Positions 1 through 19,239 of a stretch of 64,000 nt of DNA are shown piece by piece. The notes beneath the pieces are model-generated. The model made no database searches. It worked only from the letters and a program-made list of their open reading frames with translations, and had not been told where the DNA came from. Numbering within the stretch: the first letter of the stretch is position 1; the number at the start of each line of letters is the position of its first letter. Location of the stretch: NCBI RefSeq assembly GCF_009914755.1, contig NC_060926.1; one strand, written 5' to 3'. The position numbers and the translations under genes were made by a program. Source of the stretch: the human T2T-CHM13v2.0 reference genome, Homo sapiens.

Positions 1-468
1 AAAGATATTTCTAATTTACTGTTGCCCATTGCACTTACATACCACCACCAAGAAAGCCTTCAAGATGTCAAATAAAGCAAAGTGATATATATTTGTTTAT
101 GAAATGTTACATGTAGAAAAATACTGATTTTAAATATTTTCCATATTAACAATTTAACAGAGAATCTCTAGTGAATTTTTTAAATGAAAGAAGTTGTAAG
201 GATATAAAAAGTACAGTGTTAGATGTGCACAAGGAAAGTTATTTTCAGACATATTTGAATGACTGCTGTACTGCAATATTTGGATTGTCATTCTTACAAA
301 ACATTTTTTTGTTCTCTTGTAAAAAGAGTAGTTATTAGTTCTGCTTTAGCTTTCCAATATGCTGTATAGCCTTTGTCATTTTATAATTTTAATTCCTGAT
401 TAAAACAGTCTGTATTTGTGTATATCATACATTGTTTTCAATACCACTTTTAATTGTTACTCATTTTA

Positions 469-874
<406 letters not shown>

Positions 875-2245
875 TGTCTCATTTGGGAAGGAAATTCCTT
901 TTAAAAAAGAGTTGAGACACTTAGAAAACTAATGTTTTATATTTAGTCAAGAGTTATTTAAGAAAGTCAAGCTTGTTTAACAACAAAATATGAAGATTTA
1001 AGTGTTAATTGCTGGATCCATTTTAAAATAAGATTTTAATTAACATTTGTAAATGGTATATTTTCGTTTGTAACAAACCATTGTCTTTTTTCAAGGATGA
1101 ACAGAGTTTATGAAGGAGCATCATTCTAAGAATTAAGTGATGTAGTCTTTATGTTTGGACAGTTCACCAGATTCTCAAGAAGGCTTTCAAACAACTATAA
1201 AGTTTGATGTTTGTCCTGCTGAGCTAATGGGGAAAGTTATAGCATAAAAATTGTGTAACCGCATAGATATGTCATTTTTAAAAACTGGTTTAACAGAAAT
1301 CAAGCAAAGTCACAAATATGTTCACAAGTTGGAATTATTTATTGAGTCAAAATGTCGAATCGAACATTTTGAATGAAGTAAGTGTTATAAATGAAAAATT
1401 GCCTGATGTTTAGCAGTTTGTATTCTCTAAAGCTTTTTTTCAAAAGTTCAGGCTTTCTACTTACTGGGAAGTTGGTGGTCCTCTTAGTCCCTGATAAATC
1501 AAGGCAATCACATTCATGTGAGCTGGATGAATTTATAAGTTATAAAGACCTTATCCTTCATACCTTGAGGATGATTGCACTGGTTTTGAAGTCAGTTGCT
1601 TAATGATGAGGTGAGAAATGTATCCTGTTGCTAAATCTGTCTTAGACCCTTGGTGAAACTTGAAGATTTCAGTTTATAAAGATAAAATCAAGCATCTTTT
1701 GTGCAGTTTTCTTTTTTTAATGCAAGAATGGTGGGGAGGTTTGTTTGTAAGCATGAAACTTTGAGAATCTTTATTAAGAAAATGACATAATTTTTAAAAA
1801 CCTTGTAGCCAAGAACATATGTGGCCACATTACCAGTAATAAATGTTTTTCTCTTTATATTGGCCAAAAGGGAATAAAAATGTCATCATAGGAATTTGTA
1901 CATATGCTACTGATTTGCCTAGAAAATAGCAAGTTTGATATTGCTCACTTTGCAAATATAGGGCCATGTGGCACTTTTATCTATAGGACAGATTAATAAA
2001 AATGAAGTGGGGAGGGGTTTATTTTTGATATATTACTCTTATGAGTTTTCAAGCTTTGATAATGTTTAACTGAAAAGTGGCTTAGAAAGGGCTAGATCCA
2101 ATGTGTTCATTATTAAATAATTGCTATCAGATACAATTTTAAGTTCATTCTTTTTCAAACTCAAGTACCATATTGGCAACCATAATATTGTCATAGGTGC
2201 TCTCTTCATTTAGATATTCTTGGGGGGGGTGGCATTTGTATAATA

Positions 2246-2254
<9 letters not shown>

Positions 2255-2282
<28 letters not shown>
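2255..2282. repeat. (TA)n microsatellite
   Basis: Direct dinucleotide run. Confidence 0.9.
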
Positions 2283-2285
<3 letters not shown>

Positions 2286-5200
2286 CAGTATATAATCTAA
2301 AGCTCTGAGAGCTCTTAAGTCAGGAATGCTGAGTATTATAGTATATTGAGGTCAGATGAAATTTTACATTTTTGTGTGTTCTGTTGCATTCCTTCTGGTA
2401 GTTTCTATGACTGCATTACTCCAGCACTCATGATTGATTTTATCTTCTAATTTTCTTCCAAGTATTTTATTTTTTATTAGTTTTCTTTGGCTTGATACTT
2501 TTAAATATGTTACTAGTCACTTGAAAGCCTCTCCCCCAAAAGTATTTGGTTTGTATGCTTTGTCTGTGGCAGCTATAACAGTGGTAAGAACATTTTGAAG
2601 ATAGCTTTTTAAAGGAACCACTGATTTTTTCAAAAATCATCCTGGGGGAGGAATTTTGGCATTTCATTTGAGCAGGGATTTTGTCAGAAAATGTGTTTTG
2701 ATGGTAGGTCAGCAGCAGTGCTAGTCTCTGAAAGCACAATACCAGTCAGGCAGCCTATCCCATCAGATGTCATCTGGCTGAAGTTTATCTCTGTCTCTCA
2801 GGATAAATCCCTGTAGGACAAATCCCTACTATCATTTTTACCTTTTGGGGTGACATGTGGAATCATACAAAGGCTTAGGAAGAAATACGTTTGTTTAAAC
2901 CAGGATGCTTTACTTACTTGAAGTGACTTCAATCTAGATTTCTTTTAATATTTAACAAATTTTTAATTCTATGATCAGCCACAGTCAGCTATTACCATAA
3001 ATTGGTCTCTGTTTATTTTGAAGATCACGGCTGCTTCATTTTGCAGGATTAAGTAGGGCTAATGTATCTTAAAGTTAAGATCTTGAATTAAAGTGAGTTT
3101 TAGAAATAGTGTTACATACCTTTTCAGTTGTTTTCAAGAGGCTTTATTTTTGTTGCCTTTGTAGCCCTGAAAGCTGTTGGTATATTTTTTCCCTCATGGA
3201 CCCAATAGAAAAGTTGTATATTTATTTGGATTATATTTACATTCTGTCCTTTGTAAATGTTTGGTGTAACTTGCACTTTTTTAAATGACCCAGTTTGGGT
3301 ATTAGCAACTTAAGAAATTCCCTCATCAAGTAATTCTCAACTTTTTAGTCTTTCTCCTCTCTTCAAATCATGTGACTTTTTAAATGGAAGTTTTTCATTG
3401 ATTAAAATATTTTAGCACCTAAAAGCTAGCCTTAAAAACAGCTGTAAAAGAAAAACATCAGGAAATTAGATATGACTAGCCCAGTTAATTAAAAGACGGG
3501 CTCAAACCTTGTTTTATTCTTTTTCATCTTGGATGAAGATTGAAGGGAAAATAACTCAAGTGCGTAATATTTATTTTCAATTTTTAATGAGACTTTATCC
3601 TCATCACAACATTAATACTGTACATAGTATGCCAAAATATCCATTAATTTGTCTAGAATAGTACAAGACTTTTTAAAGCAATTGTCCTCACAGAGACCAC
3701 ATGTAATATACTGAAATATGTTCATTTTTAATGGCTTTGTTAACATCAAAGAAATGCTGCCTAAATTTGATTTCAGATGAGGAAGGAGAAAGTAAAGTGT
3801 GCATAGTAAGGCTGTAGGTGAAGAGTTGTGAGATAAATAGTTCACTCAGTTGTACAAAGCACAACTAGAACTTTTTGTTGGGAGGCTTACATACATCTTG
3901 AATATTCTTAATGTAATAATGTTGACTATTAAGTTGGCTACACAGTCACTGTATGTACTAGGAACTGGTTTCCTTGACATTCTAGAATCAATGGCTAGGA
4001 GAGGCATTAATCTTTGAGGGGCTGAACATATCATGAAGCTGAGTCAGTATGGAAAATTTTCAAATAAACAGGGTGCTGAAGTTCCATCTGTCTCATCTGC
4101 TTATGATAAGTTCTTATTGATTAGTGAATGTAGCTTAAGCCTTTGTATGTGTCCTCAGGGGGCAGACCGACTTTAAGAGGGACCAGATAACGTTTGAATG
4201 GAGGGATTATATTTCAGGTGTTTTAGCTTGAAATTTATTTTTTAAAAAAAGAAAAATTTAAAAAATATATAAATAAAATAGAACAAAGCCGGTGATGCAA
4301 GTTGATATTATAAACAGGCAGTTTTAGCACAGAAAGAAAATACTGACCTGTCTGCATTCTGGTACGGTGGGTGCAGGTCCCAGCTGGGTATGACATGATA
4401 CATTTTTAATTATTCTCACCAGCAAGTAAAAGGAAAATGAACAATCTTTTGGAATTGTCTTTGAAAAGGATCAAAGAGTAGGAAATTCACATTTGACCTA
4501 ACATTACTTGCCTATAGAAGTATGGCATTTCCAAGCTTTTGTCTGAGGAGCATCTCAGAGAAGTGAGAGTAAATCTGAGTTAGCTTAAAAATTGGTAGGG
4601 AGGAAGAAAATCTCTGCAAATAATGATTTTATGTTTGTTGGCCAAGTGAAATGATCTATCATTGTGTTTGGGAGGTTTTATTTTCTTATGTTTTTAAAAT
4701 TGGTAAATGCTTTATAGATGTATTTTTATCCAAGTGCCACTCCAATTTGTGTATGTAATAAAATTATTTATATTAAAAGTGGGAAATAATTGTCAACATT
4801 TTTTTTGAGTATAGATTTATTAGGGGTGGCAAAGAAGAGTGCTAGTTAGCAGTTTTCCATGTAAAGTTGTCCTTGACTGATTTGTCCACATGTCAGTTGT
4901 AACTCCCCCACTCCCTGCAAAAGGAATTATTTCTAACCCAGATGTATCACTTGAAACTTTTTAGAAGCAAAATAATCAGGGAAGTTCCTAGAAAGGTGTT
5001 TGGCTTTTTGGTTTTTGAGGGTTGGGGTAAAGAAGACTTCCCCCACAACTGTCAGCACAAAACAGGGTATTGATTTTTAACTCTGATGTTTCTATTGGAG
5101 TTGAATACTAAATAAATAACTATAATGAGGGAAATACATTTCTAATAAAATTCCCTACATTCTAGAAACATCCCTGTTTTAATTTTTTTATCTAAATCTT

Positions 5201-6607
5201 TTTGTGCTTTATGTGTAAAGAAAAAAATGTACTGAGTTACAATGCATTTTATTAACACTATGTACATAATAGCTGCTTTGTGTTCAGAATAGTAGCAGTT
5301 GCTTTGTATATTAAAGTGATCCTTGTGAATTTGTGAAATATTGTCATAAAGTGCTTTTTCTTACTGTAATCTTTGTGGTATCAACTGTCATAATGCTCTT
5401 TTTACACAAACATTTATGTGCAGTCACATAAACATGCTTTTAAAAACTCTGTAAGTCTCTTTTTTGGGGATGGGATCTCTATATTTTGTTGGGTTTTTTT
5501 TGCTAGTAGTGTGAAGCCATGTTTTATTGGACTTAAAGTTACAATATATTACAAGCTTGTGTTGGAAGGCAGCAAAACTAATTCAGACAACAACATGTCT
5601 TCAGTTACTGGATCCCTAATTTTCAGGACAAAACCTGTTTTTCAATAAGATTGAACAGTGCCTATTTGTGGATTTGGAGATGTTACTGTCAAGATGACTA
5701 ATGGAGACATACGACCAGCTGTGTCTGATGTCATAAAACACGTGTTCACTGAAAGGACAATAAGACTATATACCTTCTCAGGTCCCCTTGCAATTCTAAA
5801 ACTCTGTGATCATATAAATTGGAAGGAAAGGGGAGGGGATATGGTTAATCTTTGCTTAAGCTGTAAGAATAAAAAAGTTATCTCCTATACTATTAACTTC
5901 TGAAATAAGTTCTGAGACGAGACATCTGAAAATAAGCAGCTGCATTATTTGTATGTTTCTTCACTGCCAAGATGTGTTCAAGCCTGCTATACCTGCCATT
6001 GTATTGGAAGGCTTAATGAATTTCATTTATTTTCTGCAACAACGATTACAGAATTTATTGCACAAAATGAGACATTTTGAGAGTGATATTAATTACATGA
6101 GGGATAATAGGCATGAACTAGGATTGTTCTAAGCAAATCGGAATCGGGTCACCCTGCCACGTTCAGGTGCTTGGACCTTCAGGAAAAGATTGCCCATCTT
6201 GTCATTTGACCAGGCACTGAAGTGACAAGACCATCCTTGAGAAGTCACATCCAAAGATAAAATTCTGATCCATTTCTAGTTTTAGTGTTTCGCCACTGAA
6301 GACTTAACATATGTCTTTTACACTCAGGTTGCAAAACACAGGCCCAAGACAAACTTAACTTCTCCCCCAAATCTTCCTTCCGCTGGTTTTTCCATCTCGT
6401 AAGTGGTGCCACTATCCATCTGTTAAATTGTTTAGGGGAAACCTAGAAAAGCACTACCTTAATCAGTGTTATCCTTCTTCTTAACTGTGCGTCCTAATTT
6501 CTCCACATCTTTCTTAAGTGCAGTGACCAAACCGGATGAGAATTCTAACACGGGCCTGACATCAAATGGAAAGGAAGGATAATGTCCAGGAGTTGGAATG
6601 TTATCCT

Positions 6608-7520
6608 TGTTTTTAATTAAGATGCAATTCACATAAATTAACTTTTTAAGTGAACAATTAAGTGGTAGTACATCCACAATGGTGTACAACCACCACTTCT
6701 ATCTAGCTCCAAAACATTCTCATCACTCCAAAAGTAAAGTCCCGTTACTCTCCATTTTCTCCTCCCACCGCCCTTGTCCCTGGCAACCACCAATCTGCTT
6801 CCTGTTTCTTTGGATTTACATCCGGGTATTTCATGTGAGACTCATACACTGTGTATTACTTCTTTCGTCTAGCTTTAATGTGTTGTTGAGGTTGATCCAT
6901 TGTAACATGTTATCACTACTTCATTCCTTTTTATAGCTAAGTATACTTTTTATAGTAAGTATGCCATTGTAGATATATACCACAAGTTTATCGATTCATC
7001 CAGTTGAGTTGTTTCTACTGTTTGGCTAATGTTCATAGTGCTGTTATGAATGTTCGTGTACAAGTATTTGAGTCCGTGTTTTCAATTATTTGGGGTATAT
7101 GCCTGGGAGTGGAGTTGCTGGGTCATGTTGAAATCGCACATTTAACTTTTTGAGGAACTGTCAAACTTTCCCTCAGCAGCTGTACCGTTTTACCTTCCAC
7201 CATTGATGTATGAGGGTTCCAATTTCTCCACACCTTCACCAACACTTATTTTGCCATTTTAAAAATTATAGCCATCCTCATGGGTGTGGTCTCTCATTGT
7301 GGTTTTGATTTGCATTTCCCTGATTACTAATGATGTGGAGCATCTTTTGTTGTCTTTGGCCATCTGCGTATCTTCTTTGAAGAAATGTCTGTTGAGGTCC
7401 TTTGTTCATTGAAATTTTGTTGTTGGGTTCTGAGTTCCTTATATATTCTGGGTACTAGGCCCTTATAATATTTTCGCCTATAAGTTTTTGCTTTATAATG
7501 TCCTCATTGTTTTCAAACTT
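6608..7520 (-). mobile_element. Old L1 (L1M-type) 3' fragment
   Basis: Antisense L1 3' UTR/ORF2-end motifs, e.g. 'gtggttttgatttgcatttccctgattactaatgatgtggagcatcttt' and 'ggagttgctgggtcat'. Confidence 0.8.
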
Positions 7521-8208
7521 ACTTTATGTAATATGTACACTTCTAAAAAAAAGAAACATGGAAAAGGGCAAACTGTAAGAAGTTTTTTGTGTTATGTTTT
7601 TTGTGACAGTCTGTGCATATATACACAAATATAATGTATGTTCTCTCCTCCTCCCTCTCCCTTTTTTTACACAAAAGGTAGGTACAAACAGTGGTTTATA
7701 AACTGCTGCCATTGTACAGATACAGTTTAACCAGTCCTCTTCTGGGGACATTTGGCTGTTTGAAATTTTTTACTGTTACAGATATACAGAGGTTGGTAAC
7801 TAGGTCTACACAAGTTGTATCTCCAGGATACTGAGAAGTAAAAGTTATTTCTGAATTATGGTTTTCTTCATATTTGGATATTGTTTCCTAATGATTATTA
7901 GGTATCTGCTAAGCAATTTTTATTAACTTATGTTGATTACTATTTTTATGTCAAACTTTACAGTCTAGGCATTTTTTTCTGGAATTAAAATTAGAAGTGG
8001 CACAGACTTTCATAAGGCTTTCCTTTTCTCATCTCTGTTAATACTGTTTTCTTTCTAATATCCTCAGAAATAACTGTTCTTAGCAAAGAAACAAGTTTTC
8101 AATATGCCATCTTTTCTAGTGTTACTAAATTTTTAACCCCTCTGGTTGTAGAAGGAAAGGTGTAACATGATTTTAGAGCAGAAAGCTAACAATTAAATCT
8201 TCAAGTTG

Positions 8209-8533
<325 letters not shown>

Positions 8534-9124
8534 CTAAGGACTGTCCGGTGTCATGCTGTTTATGTCAGTGCTAAGATAGTACAAGTTTCCAGCTTCCCAG
8601 AGGAGGGTTCTCTATACTCACTGTACTTACCAATTCATGTTAAAGACCTTGAGAAAGCTACTTCTCTCTAGGTAGAGGTTCTGGGGAGCAGTGAGGTTGT
8701 GACTTCGTCTAACACTAACACAAATTACAAGTCTGTTTTACCAACTATTAAGTGAAGTCCTATATCTAGGGCCACTTAACAGTACTGGGGTACATTATAT
8801 AGTGATTTTTTAAAGTACTTTAAAATTTTATTTTTGTTCATTTTTAAAGAATTGGCAGTAAATGCTTCCCATAAATAGCAATTAAATGGTATTATTATTG
8901 GAGGTGAATCTTTTGCATTATGGTAATTTTGTTATTCAGCATATGCCTTGATACTTTAATATCCCTGAGAATTTATTTCTCCCATACCTTCGGCAAGGAG
9001 AAATAAAGCACATAAATTAGGCATATGGTAACTCATCTGTAAAGGAATGTGTATTTTTCATGAGTCAGTGTGAACTCCCTTTTTGAACAGGGTACCATGT
9101 TACCACTTGAAATACAGAATATAA

Positions 9125-9457
<333 letters not shown>

Positions 9458-9957
9458 CTATCATCCTTGCCTTCTAGGAGCATAAATTGTATTTGCTAAG
9501 ATAAAACATTCCAAATAATGTTATTCTGCCCTGAGTTTGCAATCTAGTGTTCAGTTAACAGATAAAAGCATTTTGATCAACTACTATTTGAAGATGGTAT
9601 CCAGGCCATCTACCATGAACTAAAGCAAGCTACCCTTTAAGTGATAATCTACTTCAAAAACAGCATTCTTTACAGTGGGGTTCCAAGAACCTGGTATCAT
9701 ACATACATTTTAACATAGCATCTTGGCAGCAGTATTTGGTATTAATTGGGGGAAAAATTAGTGATACCACTGGATTATTTAACTGCATAACTTTAAAGAA
9801 ATTGGGCAATGTGAGTGAGAATCAAGACTTAGTAAAATAGGTTTGGATTAGGTTTCTATCTTTGAAAACAAAACAAGCACACTTAAAATGTACATTTATG
9901 TGATAAAATATGTAAGTAAAAAATAAGTCCCAACTTCACTGACATTGGTAGTGGACA

Positions 9958-10369
9958 CTGTGGTGTGCTGCCCAGATACGCGCGCTCGCTCTCCTCTCAC
10001 ACACACCCCACACCTGAAACACTCATTTCCCCAGCTTCCAGGAATGTTGGTGGCTGATGGCTCCCAACTGACTCCCTCTCCAATATTGTCTTCAGCCTCA
10101 GGTTATAAACCTTGTATCCACTAGTCCATGCAGGGTCATAAAGGACCATCACCCTGCCTCAATATGGCCTAACTGCAGGACCATCTCAGCTCTAAAGAAT
10201 TAGCTGAGGACTTCCCCGACTACATCCCAGCCCAATTTCTTCCTCTTTCCCAGTCTGTCTTCTTTCCAAGATCAGAATATTGATCTTGGAAAAAGCATTC
10301 CCATATGAACTTTTCACACCCTAATCTCAATCTTTGAGTCTATTTCCCCAAGGAACCTGACCTGCAACA
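9958..10369 (+). mobile_element. Old ERVL-type solo LTR (LTR16-like)
   Basis: TG...CA ends; 3' end 'ggaacctgacctgcaaca' resembles LTR16 family termini (recall). Confidence 0.45.
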
Positions 10370-10668
10370 ACATTCTAAGTCCAAAGCCAAGAAAATCACT
10401 TGATTTTCACTTGGACAACCCAACTATTTCTGATGATTTTTTTTTTTCTTGCCTGTGCTTCTAATTTGTAGGGCAAGGGAAAAAAGCTGCCTTCAAATTT
10501 TTCTGATTCTTAATGTTTTATGAAAACAGAAAACAACCCAATAACAGCTTACCTCATTTGGTAGATCACCCAGGGATATTATTGAAGCTCCCCACCTCTA
10601 ACCCACCCTGCCCCATCCACGTTAACTTCCATCTCCAAAGTTAATGAATCTTAAAGAAACTGAACTCT

Positions 10669-11012
<344 letters not shown>

Positions 11013-11789
11013 TTAAACAATCTTTCATATTCATGGTGCAGTACTGACATTTTATGGATTCAGTAAGCTATGGACATTTCCATTTCATGTGTATTAGAAT
11101 TGTGTTGAACTGGTATATCACAGAATGCTCACAACTTTTAATCCATCTTTATTAAAGTGAAACTACTACTTCAATATATGCAGAAAACAACATATTGGAT
11201 ATTTTCACCTCTGGGATAAAGGTTCAAAAGGAAGAGAACGTCCTGTTTTTAAGATTTTATAAAAGAAATCTATCTCTAGTACCAAATACCATATTGAGAT
11301 TATAATATTCTTGCAGTCTAAATTTAAGCTATTGTTTAAACTTTTGCATTGTAAAAAGAAAAGTTCATGTGTGTGTGTGAGATGTCAAAGTGTATCATAG
11401 ATAATCCTAAAACAATATAACAATCATTTAACCCAAAGTCAATGCCCTTTAAATGGAATGTATCTTTTTCATTATTTGGTTATGAAATATACAGAAGGTA
11501 CTGGGGAAGCAACAATGGAAGAGGCAGAAGCATTCTTGGCCCTCAAGGAGCTTACACTCTACAGGGCAATACTACCACTGAATGAGCAATTACAAGTCCA
11601 ATACAAAAGGAGCTTATATGTAGGAAGCTAACCTCTCAGGCAGGGATGAGATTTAAAACTTTTAATGTCATCCTATGCGTTGTTAAGGAAGCAGGGAAAG
11701 CTTGGGAAAGAACTGCATTAAGACATTTGAGCAAGGGTAAAACAGAAGGGGAAAACCTCAGCTCTTGACTTGAAATAGAAAACCTATTC

Positions 11790-14466
<2,677 letters not shown>

Positions 14467-14827
14467 AGATTTCAGGTGCTTTTAAAAAGTAACTGAAATT
14501 TTATTTTTACTTAATTCCTTTATTTATATATATATATATACCTGAAATTAAGGCAAAAAGCATGATATGAGACCCAAAAAAGCTCATATCCTACTCAACT
14601 AAAAGTGTTTAGGACCTAAACAGGGCAAAAGATTTAAATAGCACTAACAGCTCAAGGAATGTATAGGTTAAACCTTTTGTTTTACATCCAGAAAATTAGA
14701 AAACTCAGCTAAACATTGTATATATCACAAGGTTTTAAAAATAATTTGTAAGATTTAATCTTACCAAGAAAGCTTACTCATTTAAAGACTTCTTTATACC
14801 GGCCCTTCATATCATCAGTGGAAACTG

Positions 14828-14833
14828 TTTATT
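14828..14833 (-). terminator. METTL21A: Candidate proximal poly(A) signal of METTL21A
   Basis: AATAAA on the - strand ~280 nt after the stop codon; ATTAAA also at 14891-14896. Confidence 0.55.
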
Positions 14834-15112
14834 AAAAGGGAGGAGTATGGGATACACAAATAGCATAAATCGAAATCTCACACTTAATCCTTTAATGTTA
14901 ATTGCATTTCAGACTGAGTAAAGTCTGACTAAAAATCACAGCAATGGGACAAAGCACTGCTTTGTTTTAAAACTGCACATGTGCTTTCTCCCCTGAGAAC
15001 CTTTGGCTTAGACTTTTTGTACAGTAAGACATTTCATTAAATATGGTTAGATTTGCAGTCTAAGACCTTAAGTGACACACTCAATGACAACATTCTTATA
15101 AATTATAGCCAA

Positions 15113-15559
<447 letters not shown>

Positions 15560-15629
15560 TTAGGTAGAGAGGGGGTCAAGTTAAATGTAGAGTGTCTCTT
15601 AAATATTGCATCTGATATGCATAATATCA

Positions 15630-16046
<417 letters not shown>

Positions 16047-16185
16047 GTAGAATTAACCAGTGACACGGCTGATGCTTCTGAATTCTGCCAACAGAGCTGG
16101 CCCATACTTTATTCATTGGGTCATTATCTTTAAGTCAGTTGGCCGCAGGCTAAAATGGAATCCAAGAATGAAATATCTGGGAGCA

Positions 16186-16460
16186 GGCCAGGTACAGTGG
16201 CTCATGCCTGTAATCCCAGCACTTAGGGAGGCTGAGGTGGGAGAAGCCCTTGAGCCCAGGAGTTCAAGACCAGCCTGGGTAACACAGGGAGACTCCATCT
16301 CTACAAATAATTTTTTTTAATTAAGCACAGTGCACACCTGTGGTCTTAACTACTCAGGAGGCGGAGGTGGGATATCATGTGAGTATGGGAGATCGAGGCT
16401 GCAGTGAACTGTTATTGTGCCTGGGCAACAGAGCAACACCCAGTCTCAAAAAAAAAAAAA
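16186..16460 (+). mobile_element. AluJ
   Basis: Diverged Alu; TSD AAATATCTGGGAGCAG at 16171-16186 and 16459-16474. Confidence 0.92.
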
Positions 16461-16479
16461 ATATCTGGGAGCAGACTAT

Positions 16480-16750
16480 TATTGCAAAGATGACAAGATA
16501 CCAAAAACAGAGAAAGGCTGTTTTGTAAGGTTACAGTTTAAAAAAGAATCATGGAAGAAATAAATTGGCTACTAAGAAATCCCAGTCCACTTCTCCTTAG
16601 GCTGTTATGAAGCAGCCAACTTACATGTTTTACGTATTTCTTGAAAAATTGTAAGCTTAAAAATTACTTAATTTTATTAATGTAGGTTAAAATGCTTGTT
16701 CTTAATGCTAAGTTTCTACACACAGTGTAGAAAAACTAAACTGTTTCTTA
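16480..16750 (+). repeat. Source copy of a local inverted duplication (partner at 17465-18190)
   Basis: 16564-16619 is the reverse complement of 17906-17961 with 2 mismatches in 56 nt; flanks align more loosely. Confidence 0.88.
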
Positions 16751-17482
16751 TGGGTTGTTGACAAAAAGATCCTTTTTTTTGAACCAATGTGGGTAAGAGA
16801 AGACCTTAAGGTGGAGCAAGCACATAAGGTCAGGTCGGATCCACCTCATCTACGTTGTAGGAAAGATATAATATGTGTAGTACTCTTTACTTCTGACCCC
16901 AGAAATTCTGAAATTTAAAATTATGTTTCAATCTTTCATAAAATTCTTTCCATTTGCATCCTTCTTCAGTTTGTAATCTTCATAGGTAATCTTCCCACAG
17001 GATTCCAGACTAGTTGCAATAAGCACTATTTCAGTGGCAGCTGATACTCAGTGTTTCTTATCTTGACACATAAGTTAGGGCAGTAATTCAATTTGACATT
17101 TACAGTCCTACTATGAGATACTGATGAAAATGCTCAAGTTGTTAGATTTTACAAGCCTGAACCTACCACTTTGACCATTCGTTGCTAGACAGTGTGTTGC
17201 CCAATGGATAGATTTCAATGACAGTTTTCATCTTTTCTGAAAATAAAAATTGCAGACAGCCAGGCCGAGTAGCTCAACCTGTAATCCAAGCACTTTGGGA
17301 GGTCGAGGCAGGAGCATCACTTGAGCCCAGAAGTTCAAGACCAGCCCTGACAACATAGAGAGATCCCATCTCCACAAAAAAATAAAAAAATTAGCCAGGC
17401 GTGGTGGCACTATTCAGGAGGCTGAGGTGGGAGGATCACTGGAGCCCAGGAGGTCAAGGCTGCACTTAAAAGAACAACTTTA

Positions 17483-17804
<322 letters not shown>

Positions 17805-17979
17805 TTAACTTACCACTTAAAGAACAAGTATTTTCACTTACATTACTGTCATACAATTCAGTAATTTTTCAGTGATTATATATGTATTACATAAACACAT
17901 ATAGATTGGCTGCTTCATAACAGCCTAAGGAGAGGTGGACTGGGATTTCTTAATAGCCAATGTCTCTCTTCTATGATTG

Positions 17980-18116
17980 TTTTTTTTTTCCCAAACATAC
18001 AGAGAGGGTTTTGCCATGTTGTCCAGGCTGGCCTCCAACCCCTGGGCTCAAGCAATCCACCCGTCTTGGCCTCCCAAAGTGCTGGGATTACAGGCGTGAG
18101 CTACTGTACTCAGCCC
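17980..18116 (-). mobile_element. Alu left monomer (FLAM/AluJ), nested
   Basis: Antisense monomer with T tract, interrupting the inverted duplicate. Confidence 0.85.
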
Positions 18117-18629
18117 TATTATTCTTTTTTAAAATTTTAACCTCACGATACAGGCTTTCCCTATTTTTGGTATTTTGTCATGTGAGCAATGAGCCATGGT
18201 CATGCCACTGCACTCCAGCCTGGGCAACAGAGCGAGACCCTATCTCTTTTAAAAAAAAAAAAATGCAGACAGCCTTTTCCAAGGTTTGAGTTAGAACTGT
18301 ATCTCTGAATTTCTTAACAGTACACAGAGCACTCTGCAGGCAATATTGGAGTGACTGAGTCATCTGCACATCACCTCAGTATTCATTTTACCAGCTCATA
18401 GATAAAGGCCTTCTCTAATGCCTGTCCCAGGCATTTCAAAGGCTACTTCTAACCTGGTAGGTATTCCAGAAGTCTGAATAGGATCTTAATGTCAGTTGAC
18501 CACCCCCTGTAATTCCACACATATCTGAATGACTACCATCAGCCATGGAACAGAAACCTCTCCCCTCATACAACTTACATTCAAGTGAGAGATAGGCAGT
18601 AAGACGTTTTTTAAAAAAACAGAATATCC

Positions 18630-18921
18630 GGCTGGGTGCGGTGACTCACGCCTGTAATCTCAGCACTTTGGGAGGCCAAGGCGGGTGGATCACCTGAGGT
18701 CAGGAGTTCGAGACCAGCCTGGCCAACATGATGAAACCCTGTCTCTACTAAAATTACAAAAAATTAGCCAGGCGTGGTGGCAGGCGCCTGTAATCCCAGC
18801 TACTCAAGAGGCTGAGGCAGGAGAATCGCTTGAACCCGGGAGGCAGAGGTTGCAGTGAAGATCGCCCTACTGCACTCCAGCCTGGGCGACAAGAGCGAAA
18901 CTCCCATCTCAAAAGAAAAAA
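18630..18921 (+). mobile_element. AluS
   Basis: Full Alu. Confidence 0.95.
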
Positions 18922-19239
18922 TAGAGTGAAATCCAGCAGCAGCATTTCCTTCAGCCCCACTCAGCCACAGAGGCACAGACCAGGGACAGTGGAAGGCTGC
19001 AGTTAACCTGGCTTGTTTTGAAGCAAGGAAAGGCAGGGAGTCGGTGTCAACCGTACATGAAGATGGTGATAAAATGACTGCCTGTGAGATTTATGCTGGG
19101 TAAGGAGGGTGAGACAGTATTTAGTTCAGAAAAGACTAGTGGAGACTGACCCAATAGGACAACACAGTATGCTGTCCATTAGTAATGGGAAAAGAATGTA
19201 TAAACATGTGTCATCAGTTTTCGTTTTAGTTTTATAACA

